NCBI GenBank assembly: GCA_951406725.2
Contig: OX597827.1
Span: 20,336,001-20,400,000, forward strand
Origin: Octopus vulgaris
Taxonomy: Eukaryota
DNA: 64,000 bases
Reading direction: 5' to 3'
The notes under the pieces were generated by a model. The model saw only the letters and a program-made list of their open reading frames with translations. It was not told the origin of the DNA and did not search any database. Below are positions 38,314 to 51,987 of the stretch, one piece after another (position 1 is the first letter of the stretch; each line of letters opens with the position of its first letter). A program made the translations under genes and the position numbers.

Positions 38314-39639
38314 CGAGGTGGTATCAAAACATTCCTGAACTAGTTCTGTAGTGCGCCAACAGATGGCAGCACATAGCTGCGTGTGCATTGAGAGCTATCA
38401 GTGACCTTCACGAGGCAGTGTGCTGAGTGACATCAGTGTGTTTACTTTGAAAATTGTGAAATTTGTATTTTTGTCATTACATGTATGCTGTACTCAGCAG
38501 TTTTGTTGTAGACAGGAAGTTGTAACAAAGTGCCAACAAGAAATTTTGTGTTGAACTTGTTAAGTCTGCTATAGAGGCATTGAGCATACTTCCACAAGCT
38601 TACAGCGATGAGGCAACGGGTTGTACACAAAATTTCAAGTAGCACGTGTGCTTCAAAAGTCAGAGAAGGTCCCTGGAATATGATGAGCGATCTGGAAAGC
38701 CTGCCATGAGTGCCACCCCTGGAAACGTGGAGAAAACTCATCAGCTGGTGCATGAGGATCGTTGGAGGACAATCAGCAGCATTGCTGATGTTGTCGGTCT
38801 GTTGCATGGGTCCGTGCAGACAACCCTAACATCTGAGTTGAACATGCAGTGTGTCTCTGCCGAGTTTGTCCCCCACCTGCTGACCATTGAGCAGAAAGAA
38901 CATCACACTGAAGTCTGTGAAAATCTCCATCAACATGCCACTGATGACCTATTCTTCATGTTGAGGATGATCACCACGGATGAGAGTTGGGTCTATGGGT
39001 GTGACCCTAAGACAAAGCAGCTGTCATCACAATGGAAGAACCCTTCATTTCCATGACCAAAGAAAGCATGACAGAACCACAACTCAGTCAAGAGCATGCT
39101 CATCGTTTTTTTGATATCTGTGGTATTGTGCATCAAGAATTCATTCCCCCAGGGCCAGACCTTTAACCAAGAGTTCTACTGCAACGATGGTTTGAAGTAT
39201 TTGAGGGAGGACCTTCAACAAAAGGGACCGGATCTATGGAGCGAAAAGAATTGGATTCTTCATGATGACTATGCACCTTGTCAACAAGCTCTACTCACTC
39301 GTGAGTTTCTCACCAAAACCGACATGGTATCACTCCTGCACCTGCTCTATTGGCCATATTTAGCACCTGCAGACTTCCATCTCTGCCCCAAGATAAAAAT
39401 GCAGCTCAAAGGTCACCAGTTTAATACTGGTGTCAAGATCAAGATTAAATTGCAGAAGGTCTTTGTCTCGCTTATGAAAAACAAGTTCCATGATGGATTC
39501 CAGAAGTAACAGGAATGCTGGGACTTGTGTGTTGCTGTGCAAGGGGACTATTTCAAAGGAGATGAGGTTGAAACTTAAGTAAATAAGTTAATTTTTTTAT
39601 CAAACATAACCAGTCTGAGAACCTTTTGATACCACCTGG
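38314..39639 (+). mobile_element. Full-length, inactivated mariner element (~1.3 kb, DD34D transposase pseudogene)
   Basis: TA|CGAGGTGGTATCAAAA ... TTTTGATACCACCTGG TIRs. Motifs FVPHLLT, ITTDESWV, WILHDDYAP and YWPYLAPADFHL (YSPDLAPxD). Stops and frameshifts present. Confidence 0.95.
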
Positions 39640-39733
39640 TTTGTGTAGAAATTGTAGTGATTTGAAAAAAAAAACATTCCTAAAAAATGCATAACCAGTT
39701 GGGTGCCCACACACACACACACACACACACACA

Positions 39734-39764
<31 letters not shown>

Positions 39765-40773
39765 ATAAGCACACAGGCTTTATTTTAGGTATGTATTAAA
39801 TTTGAATTGCACAATTGAAATTCCGTTATTTTACAGAACACACATATATCGTACAGTATACATATACACACATATTGTATAGTAGAGACATAATTGTACT
39901 GGACACATACATACGATACTACAAACACATTTTACAGTATGCATGGTTGCTCACATGCATGCATGCACGCAAACACACATTTCTGGTACTGTTTTCAGAA
40001 TGACAAGGTTTCACTTTGGAATTGGTTTCTTGAAGTGGTGTCCAGCTCACTCAAATGCTGTGTGACAATGTCCTCTACCATAGCTTTGAGAGCAATAGTT
40101 AGTGGATGGAAACTGTGTGGAATCCTATTGAAGGGACAGCAAATGTTGTCGGATTGTAGTCTTGATTCATTTCCTGCTTTAAACTCTGGCAATTGATCGG
40201 GGGATTCTTTAATGGTGTCCATTAGGACTGTATGTCTAATCTGAGAATAACTCTCGCTCTTCCTTCCAGTATACTGGGAGGAAGAGAGGAGGGTCATCTT
40301 AAAGGTTTCCCTTTCTCCCCCTCACTAAAAACTTTTAAAAAATACACTGGTTGAGTTGTCTCCCTTGACTTATCTGCTACCGACTTTCAATATGTGTAAT
40401 TGTATAAAGTTTAAGTAGGAACAGCATTCAATATTTATTAGATTACTCGTGAACCATTGGGTCACCTGGAAAGTCTGACTTTCCTAGCAATGGAGTTTTG
40501 TTTTGTGGGTTTTTTCCATTTCCAGGTTATTTCTCATGCTTTCAATGAATATAACATCAAAATCACATGTAAACGGTTCCTTTCCCCAGAAAAAGAAAGA
40601 TTTGGCTGCTATTTCTTGCATGCCCTGCTACCATGTAGCAGGTATTTCAGGTCCTTTATCGCAAATAGCTGTTACGTGGTAGCAGGGCATGCTAGAAATA
40701 ACAGCCAAATGTTTGGAGCTGAGAGACATTGAATGCACTCGAAAATCTTTAAGCAATTGTATTCCCTTGGGGT

Positions 40774-41147
40774 GATCTTTCGCTTTGACCCTCAGAACTG
40801 TCATCTGAATCAGCTGGTTTTGTTCGTTAATTTCCATAAATTTTTTTTATTTATTTACTTTTGTCTTAAAGTAAAAGAGAGTACCACTTACACATACATG
40901 AGAACACACACATATGTACATACAAAAAAGATATACGCATATGTATTGATGTTGTACATATACATAACACACTCCTTCACTCTTTTTCTCTCTCCTTCTC
41001 TCTAATGCACATCCATTTCATATACACGTACATTCATCTTTCACTTTCTCCTCTCTTTCACTTTAAAACAAAAGTAAATAAATAAATAAATTTTTACGGA
41101 CATTAACGAACTCCAGATGACAGTTCTGAGAATTAAAGTGAAAGATT
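40774..41147. repeat. Small foldback element (inverted arms ~40774-40881 and ~41051-41147)
   Basis: CTCAGAACTGTCATCTG / CAGATGACAGTTCTGAG and TTTATTTATTTACTTTTGT / ACAAAAGTAAATAAATAAA. Confidence 0.8.
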
Positions 41148-41442
41148 GCCTTTCACTTCAAAATAATTTAGAAGACAACATTAAAATATTGTCTGTTTAA
41201 AGAAGGCTAAAATATAAATACTTACTGTACAAACAACTTACATTTTTGAAATCACATTCACTTAAAAATATTTCTAAATGATTAACATATTGTGTACATC
41301 AAGAAGTCGACGTTTTTTTCTTGGAGAGCACGAAGACTATGTGTGTGTGTATGTCACAGATAGCGGATGTATGTTATTCATTATATGTGTGTTGACATCA
41401 TGGAAACCATGTTTTTTCATCAAAAAATAACAAACAAAAATT

Positions 41443-41506
41443 ATGTTTAATCGTTTTCATCAAGAGAGGTCCAAATATCACAAAAATTTGTACTGCACTG
41501 CCGAAG
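41443..41506 (+). CDS. Candidate alternative first coding exon of an unidentified gene (MFNRFHQERSKYHKNLYCTAE, phase 1)
   Basis: ATG-initiated open frame ending at a perfect AAG|GTAAGT donor in non-repetitive sequence. Phase matches the micro-exon at 53861. Confidence 0.4.
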
Positions 41507-42325
41507 GTAAGTATGAAAATAAATATGCAAAAAAATTAAGATAAAATATACTATTTCTGAGATATTTCGGATACAAACATCTTCTAGAGTTTTAGTAGCA
41601 GAGACAAACCTTTTCTACAGCAAGAAATATTTCATGTTCAATGAAATGAAGTTCTGGTTAGAGTAACGTGCAACGCGAAATATTATTTCTTGTACTCTAA
41701 TGTTGTTAATAATTCTAAAAATGCAAAAAATGTACAAGACAATCTCTTAACATCAGGAATTAAAAGTCAGGTGGATTTTGTATCGAGAATCTTGACTTCC
41801 AAAATAAACAGAGACCTGCAGTTTTCCTAAAAGTATTTGTGAATGTCTTAGAAATTAAAAAACTCGTGAAATTGGACGAGAAATAAGTTGAAAGTAAATT
41901 AGAGATAAATTCGATGGTAATTACCTTTGAGATGAAGCTACAAAGATATTTTTTAAAAAACAAATTGACAGAAATGGCCTTCTGCCACAGGTCTCAATGA
42001 TTCCTTGTAATTTTTTACCAAAAGATGTTCAAGGTTGTTTTGTTTTTTTGTTTTTTTGTGCGTGTGTTAAATGTGTTGAATATATCTGAGGAAAACGAAT
42101 ATTTAAGTGTGTCTAACACATGTCGTTCAAGAAAGTATTTGGAAATATTTTAATGAGTGTGTGTTGTACCAGAGAGAGTTGACTTCAACTGTTGTGGGTC
42201 AAATAGAAAAAGAATGTTACAAAGAGAGAGAGGGGGGGGGAAAGACATAACAGTTGTCAAAGACTCAACTAAATCATGTTAATGGCTTCACTAGACTCTG
42301 ACCAGTTTTCTATGGCTTTATTCTG

Positions 42326-42422
42326 TGCTGAGACAGCTGGTGAAAGTATTGTGAGTAATGACTCACAGAGACAGAGTAGAGACTCAGTGACTCATGGGAA
42401 CAGATATCTATTCAATGACTCA
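42326..42422. promoter_or_regulatory. Homotypic AP-1 (TGACTCA) site cluster
   Basis: Perfect TGACTCA at 42359, 42388 and 42416, plus MARE-like TGCTGAGACAGC at 42326. Confidence 0.5.
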
Positions 42423-42904
42423 TAAAGAAAGAGGTCTGCTCTGGTGAAAGACCCTCTGTTCAGCTGAATTATATTTTCCTTGTTCTTGTACAATTGCTGG
42501 TGAACCCTGGCATGAAGTGTTTCTCAGTTTATTGAGTGACAGAGACAAAGCTTTCGTTTATATTACTAAATCTGACTCTGGAATGACTATAGAGTCTATT
42601 GAAGGTTGTCAAATTTACAATTATTACTGGGATTGAGGGGTCATATTTGTTGGAAATAATATGAACAAGGTAGCTTTTAATAGGTTGGTCAACAAAAGAG
42701 AAATTAAAACTAGATTGTGTGATGGAAAGTTCATTAGTTTCCACAGACTCTTACACTCAGTGAAGCAATTGATGCCAGTGTCTTAGAGGCTGCTATGGGA
42801 CAAGAGATATTTCAGTTGCTTAGATTACTAGAAGGGCTTCAGAAAACTGACAACTCATCACTTCAAATCCATCTAATCTTGTGTCTGTCATGTTAGATTT
42901 GATG

Positions 42905-43895
42905 TCATTATCATCATCATCATCATCATCATTTAACGTCCATTTTTCATGCTGGCATGGCTTGGATTGTATGTTAGGAGCTGGCATGCCCAGAAGACTG
43001 CACCAGGCTTTACTGTCTCTTTTGATCTGGATTTTATGGCTGGATGGCTGGATGCCCTTGCTGACACCAACTGTCCTTCAGAGTGGACGGAGTGATTTTT
43101 ACTTGGCTCCAGCACCAGTGACGTCTGTTTCGGCATGGCTTTTACAGTTGGGTGACCTTCCAAATGCCAACCACTTTTACAGTGTAGACTGGATGCCCTT
43201 ACATAGCACAACCACTGACAGGGCCACCAAGTAACTCCCAAGACAAAGACCTTTTGCGTGGTGGTGGTGGTGGTGGTGGTGGTGGTGGGGGCATTGGAGG
43301 AGGTGACCTTGTGCCTGGTGAGGAGAGGTAAGAGTGTGACAGAGGGACAAAAGAGGTGTCTTGCTGTAGAGGAGATACATGGTCACCCAATCAGAAGGAA
43401 AGAGAGCAAGTGAGGGAAAGTGGTCAAGAATGAGAAAAAGAGAGAGTGGACGAGAGTGAGAGTGCAAGACAAGGAGGGTGAGAGAGAGAGAGAGAGAACA
43501 AAAGAAAGATGGTGAAGTGCCTGTGCACCCCCTCGAGGTACAGGGATCAGAATATAAATGGGATAGTAGAATATTGCCAAGGGTGCATGAGTAGGGGATA
43601 GGGACTTCACATGAATGCAAAGAGTGTAGGGTGGGGAATGTGGTGTGGACAGGATTGGGGAACGAGAGATAAGCAAAAGCATAGTGTACGAGAAAGAGGA
43701 AATGTGAGGAAGAGATGGAGTTTGGTTTGTTGGGGTAGGGTGTGGGGTGGAACACACAGCACTTTCAGAACTCAGTTTGAGGTTCTCTTCTCAAGAACCT
43801 CATATCACCAAACATCTTGATCCATTGTCATCTCCTCTGTGAGGCCCAACATCCTGAGATCAATCCTTACTACTTCATCCCATGTCATCCTGAAA
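42905..43895 (-). mobile_element. Old RTE LINE 3' end with purine-rich spacer and tail
   Basis: (CAT)n TTAACGTCC tail at 42910-42960. CTCTGTGAGGCCCAAC..TCATCCCA at 43835-43880 matches the end of the LINE ORF at 32260-32310. Confidence 0.7.
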
Positions 43896-44209
43896 AGAAA
43901 TGATGACCAACAATGACATTAAGGTGTAATGGATCAGGGGTTGTTCCTGGGTTTCAAACTGTCAGACAACGAAACCAAGAGTTGATATTGAACCAGTGAT
44001 TACTGGACCTTCAATACGTCAGCATAACCAAATTGACTTAAAACTTGCGTAGACCACAAGTTGTTACTATTGAGTTGTCTCCTTTGGGGATGAAGAGTGA
44101 AAGGTCCGAGGGGCAAAGGCTGCTCTGTTGTGTATTCAAGTAAAGTACATAGGAATGGTTTTAAATATGTGAAAACAGTGATGATGTATATATATGCATA
44201 CCTTTCTTC

Positions 44210-44617
44210 CTTAGGACACAAAACTCTACTTGTGAAGACCTGTTAAAGCAAGTGAAAATCAAAATCGAAATCGATCAACATCAATGGAAATTGTAGCTGT
44301 GATACCAGTGCCGGTGGCACGTAAGAGAACCATCTGAATGTGGCCGTTGCCAGCACCGCCCCGACTGGCCTCTGTGCCAGTGGCACGTAAAAAGCACCAT
44401 CCGATTGTGGCCATTGCCAGCCTTGCCTGGCCTCCGTGCCGGTGGCACGTAAAAAGCACCCACTACACTCACGGAGTGGTTGGCGTTAGGAAGGGCATCC
44501 AGCTGTAGAAACATTGTCAGATCAGACTGGGCCTGGTGCAGCCTTCAGGCTTCCCAGACCCCAGTTGAACCGTCTAACCCATGCAAGCATGGAAAGCGGA
44601 TGCTAAACGATGATGAT
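44210..44617 (+). mobile_element. RTE LINE 3' UTR with three tandem hairpin units
   Basis: GTGCC(G/A)GTGGCAC-GTAA(A/G)A at 44308, 44374 and 44436. Ends CCATGCAAGCATGG..(GAT)n. Confidence 0.9.
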
Positions 44618-45364
44618 TTGACTACTGGTAATTTTATATTGTCTGGGTTTTGATTTCATTGAGATGTGCTGATAGTCCTGTTCATAATTTCAGTCAATTT
44701 ATGTCAGAGAATATTTTATCTCATATCATATAGTTAAGTTTTAAAGCTGAGGCCCCTCATCAAAGATCTTTGTGTGGTAAACAGGCTTGAATAATTTTGA
44801 ATTGTTGTTATCCTACAAATAAAACAACTCATGGAGATATATAGTGTGGGTAAGAACCTTGCACAAAGACACCATACTTTAAATTAAGAAATCATTTATT
44901 ATAAAAAGAAAATCACTTTGCAAACAGGAAATAATAGAAACTGCTTACTGCAGACTTATGAAGTGAAATTCTTCCAAAATTATCGGTATATTTCATGTTA
45001 ATCTAGACAAGTCCATAAAATAAGAGATACCAGTAATATAATAGGATTGAGTTGAATGGCTATAGTCTATTTTTAATTACAAAACAGGGTTCTATGTCTA
45101 ATGAATCTCAATGAATGATCCCCTGGTTTAGTCAATATTTCTATTATTGTGTTTTCCATTACAGTATTGTTGATTCCCATCAATTCACCTGTGTCTATTT
45201 TTATTTCAGTCATCCAGTTTTTCTTTCAATTTCTCTCTCACACACCATTAACACACTTCTCACATTTCAGTTTTAAAATTCTGTTTAATTTTCTATTCTT
45301 ACAGATCATTTAATACACTAGTTAGGATTATTGGAAGTTTTAAGTATTTCCTTAACCCTCTGCG

Positions 45365-46115
45365 ATGCTCAGGTTTCGATACAGACCGGAAGATGATGCA
45401 AATTTCAAACCTCCATTACAAGGGCCAAGAAAACTCGTGCAAATCAAAATTCCTGCCCGTTCTCCAACAGGGAAACAGGAAAACAAGAACAATGTTAACA
45501 GTTCAGCACAAACTTCAGCAAATCTTGTTGATGTCAATAAGACACAGAAATCTGGTACATCATCTCTCCCACAGCAAACTGAAAGCCCAGGCACAGGTTC
45601 AAATGAGAGCAAGGACCAACAAAGTCCTTTACCACCAGAAACACCATCCAAAACCATTTACCATGCACAACCATTTACTAAACTTACCCCAAAGATATTT
45701 CCAGACAGTATCAACATGGCAGTTGATGTTTGTAAGAACGTGTCAACTTCACACATGTCTAGCCGGGACAACAATATTCTCAAATCATCTTTACATCCAA
45801 CAACAGGATCTGATCAAAACATTCCCACTGCCAAATGTCTTGAGAACCCTGAAAAGCAACCAACGAACCTCAGGCAAGATTCAAACACTCACAATTATAA
45901 CGACACTTTCAACAACATGTCTACTCTTTTGCAAATAGCAGTTGCTCCCACTGTACCTCGCAGAAAGAGTTGCTTTTCTATTTCTCCTACAATTACTCCA
46001 TCAACAGAGTCAAGCTGTATTCCAGCTTGCTCACCTTCCCCTGTTACTATGGAGACAAAGTTACCTAGCCATCATATCCAGCCCCAAGATATTTCCACAG
46101 GGGGTCAGCAGAAAG
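45365..46115 (+). CDS. Large candidate first coding exon (250 aa, S/T/P/Q/N-rich, probably disordered) of an unidentified gene
   Basis: Longest non-TE, non-microsatellite ORF in the window. Composition drops to intron-like sequence exactly at the AAAG|GTAAGA donor (phase 1). Possible upstream acceptor ttcttacAG at 45304. Confidence 0.7.
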
Positions 46116-46421
46116 GTAAGACTAGATTATTTATTAATTATTTTTTAGTAGTAATTAGCATTTGTTCCTAACTCAGAATTTCATTTTACAGAAAGGAGAC
46201 TAACCCATCAGGAAAGGGACTAACCTCTTATTTGAAAGGGTGATGTCACCTTACACAGGCTCAGAAGAGTCTATATTTGGAGAGGTCAAAGTTTGTTGAC
46301 TGATAAAAATTATTCAGATGAGTTACTTTGGTTGACTGAAATCAGAAAGTAAAATATATTTGAAGATGTGTGTCTCTATAGTGTAGATATATATAAAAAA
46401 AAACAATTTCAAAATGTGTGT

Positions 46422-46504
<83 letters not shown>

Positions 46505-46508
<4 letters not shown>

Positions 46509-47700
46509 AGCAGTAATACCCACCGTAATTACTTTTACTGTTTCTCAGGAGCCACATCCAAAGTACTATTATATATATATAATTTACTCCTCCTGTATGT
46601 GTGTATTTTTCTAAGAGAAAAATATGTAATAACTGAAGTAGAAAAAAGATCAATTTCATACATGAACTTCTGTTTGTTTATTATATGACAATAATAAATG
46701 AGTTGTATGTGTTATTTTATTTATCAATACAGTAATGGCAATTACATAATACAGTTCATTCAAATAAGTAATTTTCTCATTCTTGAATGTTTTGATAGTA
46801 ACGGCAAATTAAGTTATTGAAGTATTCATGTTGCATTAAGAGTGAATTTTTTTTGTAAACAATGTTTTTTGTTTTATTTCGGGGTGCATAAGCAAAAAGA
46901 TTTGCTTTTGGTCCCATATGTGATGCTCCTACATAAAGTCGGCCATGTGAAAAGCATGGTTCTTAAAAACATGTAATAATTGAAGAAGGAGAATTGAAAG
47001 ATTCAATTTCAACGTGAATGAAGGTAGAAAAATAGCTATAACATACAGAAGAATAGTTTTATGGAAAGCAGGTGGCAGTGCGATGGCACTGAAAAGGACA
47101 CAGGTCAAGTAGAACACCCACTTGTCACGGTTTCTTTTAACATTTGAATAGGCCGTGTGGCCAAGGAGAATTGAAAGATTCGGTTTCAAATGTGACCCTA
47201 GGTGAGACTACCCCTACAGATTTAGATTTATTCTATGTATGTATTTTAGAAGAGAAAACCTGTAGTAACTGAAGTAGAAAAAAGATCTATATACACTTTA
47301 AATTATTGAAGTATTCATGTTGCATTAAGAGTGAATACGTCTTTATAAACAATGTTTTTTGTTTTATTTTGGAGCGTATAAGCAAAAAAGATTTGCTTTT
47401 GCTCTCTGGTATGCGAGGAATGAAGAAGGTCTCACCTTTACCACAACCAGTGAGGATATTTGCCTCAATGCAGTTTCTCATGAGTTTGTGCACAATTAAG
47501 CTTATACCATTGCATAATTTTGGTTGAGACAAATTACACATCTGAGTTCAAAAATTTGATGGAGTAGTTAACAATATCCGGATCAACAACACTGTCAATT
47601 GAGTTATAAGTGAATACTTCTCCTGGAGGTTTATTCAATAACATTATTGATGCTAGGTACAGCATCATTTTTTGGAGCCAGGATAGGTCACCCACAGATC
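46505..47700 (-). mobile_element. Helitron remnant (PIF1-like helicase fragment with duplicated 3' region)
   Basis: CNLSQPKLCNGISLIVHKLMRNCIEANILTGCGKGETFFIPRIP and ILAPKNDAV..INNMLL are Helitron RepHel motifs. CTGG|T-type 3' end near 46505. Internal direct repeat 46595-46910 / 47235-47401. Confidence 0.8.
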
Positions 47701-47789
47701 CAATTGCTGGTCAAAAACCAGCAATTATACTCTCACTTTAACCTGTCAGCCACAAAACACACATCTCTTTCCTTTTATAAACCTTTTCT

Positions 47790-48199
47790 GGATCTTTTCA
47801 CTTTCATCGGCAGATTGAGAAATTAAGTTTTTTGTAACTAAACACTTTCAAACTTCATATACTGGTAGAATATGTCATATAAAACCTGTTTTACTCTTAG
47901 TGTTGTTGAGAAAAGTTTCTATTTACAAAGTTATTTCGTGTTAAAGTTGTCGTATTTCGGTAATTTCAACCAACCAATGACGTGTATTCAGCTGAATAAA
48001 ATTACTGTTGTTGTTCGTCGACAACAACTTCCAGTGGTGTATATTTAACACGAAATAACTTCGTAAATAGAAACTTTTCTCAACAACGCTAAGAGTAAAA
48101 GATGTTTTATATGATACATTCTGCCAGTGTCTGAAGTTTGAAAGTGTTTAGTTACAAAAAACTTAATTTCTCAATCTGCCGTTGAAAGTGAAAAGATCC
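47790..48199. mobile_element. Long-TIR MITE, family B (internally deleted, almost fully palindromic)
   Basis: GGATCTTTTCACTTTCA...TGAAAGTGAAAAGATCC with perfect 8-bp TSD CCTTTTCT. Confidence 0.95.
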
Positions 48200-48524
48200 C
48201 CTTTTCTCTTAGTACAACTTAACAACCCCTCATCTTTTGGAAACTCTTTTGGGATACTTTCAGGAACTTCTTTCTCAATTCGAATCATCTTGAAGGTTTT
48301 TAGATTTTGAGTTTTGGAGGATATCGGATTTGGGAATTTCAAATAAAGAATTAGTAAATATATATCTGAGGCCACCATAGAAACTAATCAGAATTTGTGT
48401 TGTTTAGCATTTGTAGCTGACGATTCTAGTAATTCAGTGTTGTTGCTCTTCTTGAAAGGGAGTCTTCTGGATCTCTGCTCATAGAATTAGTGCAAGTTTG
48501 GTATAAATTGTCTAGGATAAATGC

Positions 48525-48599
<75 letters not shown>

Positions 48600-48610
<11 letters not shown>

Positions 48611-49730
48611 CTCAGAGTGAAAGTTAGATTGTATGATGTCTGTGTATGAATGGCTAAACGCCATGGCAGTGAGACATAGGCCCTGAATGCAGACAACATG
48701 CATAGACTAAAGGGGAATGAAGCTAGTAGAGCTCTGATAGACGGGCAACATCAGTGTGTATGAGAAAATGTGAATGAGCTGAGAGAAAAGTTGGGTATTT
48801 GAGGAATCAGACGTAACAATGTAAGAGATAAGACTACATTGGTTTGGACATGTGATGCGTATGAATGAAAGCAGCTGAATAAAGAAGTGATAATTGCTTA
48901 AAGTGGATCTTTGTACCTGTGACAGAGGAATAACCGAGGAAACATAAAATAATGAGGGCCCATTCAAGATGTTGAGCTTCACTGAGGAGATGACAAGAGA
49001 CTGAGTTGTCTGGCAATAATGAGGTTCTTGAGAAGACCCACCCACCACAGTGAGACTGAATTCTGAAAGTGTGTGACCCCAATAAGCCAAACTATGTCTC
49101 TTCTCTTCCACTCATCTTCTCCCTCCCCATTCATGCAGCCCAAATCTTCCACCCACCAACCGTATCATTGCTATCCTGTCATCCCCACTATATACCTGGG
49201 TCTCACCTGTCACTGCATTTCTCCACTCACCTTTTGCATTCCCATGAACTCACGACTCATCTACCATTCCATTTATATTTACATCCTTCTACCTTCAAAG
49301 TATGGCCTGGCACATCACCACCATCTCTTTCGCACACACACTCTCTCTCTCACTCTTGCCCACTCATTCTCTCTCTCTCTCTCTCTCTCTTTTGCTCTCT
49401 TCCTCCGACTCCCTTACAGCAAAACACCTGTTTCTGTCCTTCTGTCATCTCCTCATCCCCTGGCATGGAACCACCTCCCCTCAATACCACTCCCCTCTTA
49501 GTTGCAGCATCTTTGTCTTGCAAGTTACTTGGTGACCCTTTCTGGTGCTGGTGCCAGGTAGAAGACACCAAGTTCCCTCTGTAAAGTGTTTGGCATTAGG
49601 AAGAGCATCTGACCATAGAAACTGTGCCAAAGCGATCAGTAGAGTCCTGTCTGACCAGCTCCTGTCAAGACCATCCAACCCATGCCGTCATGGAAGATGG
49701 ATGCTATATGGTGATGATGATGATGATGAT
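48600..49730 (+). mobile_element. Degenerate RTE LINE 3' portion with tail
   Basis: HGSET and RLHWFGHVMRM remnants, a pyrimidine-rich spacer, then CCATCCAACCCATGCC..(GAT)n. Confidence 0.75.
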
Positions 49731-49890
49731 ATGTACACAGATAAAATGTGTGTGCAGAAGGTCATCACTGATAAGGGGAGGTTCAGTTGCTTCATACACA
49801 AACACCATGAGCTCAGTGAACTGACTGACAAAACTTCACCCATCAACATACTTCAGCATTTGTATGTGTGTGTGTGTTGTTAGAAGGAAC

Positions 49891-50302
49891 AGATCTTTTC
49901 GGTTTGAACGGCAGTTTTTAACATAATTTCTAGGTAACTAAAAATTTTAAACTTCGTATACTGGTAGAAAGTATTTATAAAGCATCTTTTTCTCTTGGCT
50001 TTATTGAGAAAATTCTATAGTTTGTAAGATATTTGTTGTTTTTTTATTCAATTTCTGCAATTTCAACCAATCACTGATGTCTATTGAGGTAAAATAAAGA
50101 CATTCTGTGCTGTATGAATATGTCCCTCGTTTAAGAAACAGATTGGGTTTATTTACATTTGTGAAGAAAAAAAATAATACCCCTCCCCCCCCCAACCCTA
50201 AAACAGATTGAAATGCAATAGATCGATACTAGGGTCATAATTATGGGTGACAATTTCATATGACACTGCTAGAAAAAACTGTCGTTCAAACCGAAAAGAT
50301 CC
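49891..50302. mobile_element. MITE family A
   Basis: aGATCTTTTCGGTTTGAACGGCAG...GTTCAAACCGAAAAGATCC with perfect TSD GAAGGAAC. Confidence 0.95.
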
Positions 50303-51318
50303 GAAGGAACTGTTGCAAGATCACTGATTTATAGACGAAATGTCTGCTTGACACACCTGAGCCACATTCCTGTTGATGGAGAGCCTTGTCCAAATACACA
50401 CACACACACTTCCAAACTACACTGTAGATTTATACTAATTAGCTATATATATATTACCAATACAATGGTAAAGCTGTTATTTACTAGCAGCATGTATATA
50501 TTTTTCTAATCTGCTGTTTTCTAGCCCTTATTAGCCAGGTGGTGACTGTTAGATATTCAACAGTTTACATAAGTGAAATCTGTAAGCCATTACAATTTAT
50601 CTGTATTAATTGTTCTTATATTACTAATCTCTCGTTACATTGTCCTTTTCCAATTTTAATTCAAAAGGGTCCAGTTCAGTTGTTTCACTTCTTAATTCAA
50701 GTCCCTTGCTTTTGTTTGGTTTAATAAAACCCTGTTCAACCATGTCTACCTCTCCTCATAACAGATAAAGTGTTGATGAAATAAAGTCATTATTTTCTCC
50801 ACATTAATTATGTATAACGCTTACTTCACTATTTATAGACTGCTCTTACCAAAGGCTACCAATCCATTCACGCACTAACCTACCTCTACAAATTCACTTA
50901 CAATCGATCACCTTACCTATTCTCATCTGACCTCAAACCACTTCAATTATTTGTCAGTAAATATCACTCAATTCTATCCTGACTTTCAATTATTTATTTC
51001 CATTACTCTCTTCCTCTCTTTCTCCCCCTCTCTATTAATCTCACTATTTTTTTTTTCTTTTTACGTAATCTTTTAATCGTTATTTTTCATTTTTTTCCTA
51101 TCCACCCCACCCCATCCTCCTTTCTCTCAGTTACCTCTCATCTAACTCTTTATCTTTGTGTCAGTCTGTCTATATCATATACCCCCACCCCACCCACATC
51201 CCCACCTACACTGTTACTATCTGTTTTTTTTTTATTTCCATCTCTGTATTTGCATTTCTGCCTCTTTATCTGTTTCACTAACACCAAAAGTTAGGCTTCA
51301 GTCCTTTTCCCCCCCCAT

Positions 51319-51391
<73 letters not shown>

Positions 51392-51712
51392 TAATATACT
51401 ATATATATATATATATTTAATATACTCTATATATATATATATATATATACACACGCCTTTCTTTCTCAGTACACACATTGTTACCTAATAATATATTTTC
51501 TAGTGCAATACAGTATTGAAACCAGCTACTGTTAACTCACCTGTAATTCATACATTCATTAACACCCAATTAACGAGGTTAATTTATTCCACCTTTTGTA
51601 TTCTCATTAGAAATGTCATTATTAGATGAAATACAATATTGATTGTCATGTAGATAAGGTCTTTTAATTAGTGAAATATACACTTATTTAAAACCTGGTA
51701 GACTACAATACC

Positions 51713-51785
<73 letters not shown>

Positions 51786-51904
51786 TCCTTTGAACAAAAT
51801 TATGTCAGTCAGTGAAAACATTCACTTCTTTGATAATTATATATGTGTATATATATATATATATATTAATCAAAATAAGCAACAGTATATCAAGTAGTAA
51901 TGAA

Positions 51905-51987
51905 GTACAACCGTTTCAAGCAACTCCATTTAATTGAACAATGCAATCAATACATCAATTTAAATGCAGTGCTATCTTCAGCTGCAC
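51905..51987 (-). ncRNA. Hammerhead-like motif with long stem II (Penelope-like remnant)
   Basis: GTGCAG-CTGAAGA-tAGCACTGCATTTAAATTGA...TCAATTAAATGGAGTTGCTt-GAAAC-GGT-TGTAC. The stem III/cleavage region looks shortened. Lies in a unit (~51865-52445) flanked by (TA)n. Confidence 0.55.

Noticed and set aside
44308-44460. Three palindromic repeats at ~64-bp period resembling a CRISPR array
   Set aside because: The spacers are homologous to each other, the context is a eukaryotic LINE 3' UTR, and no cas genes are present.
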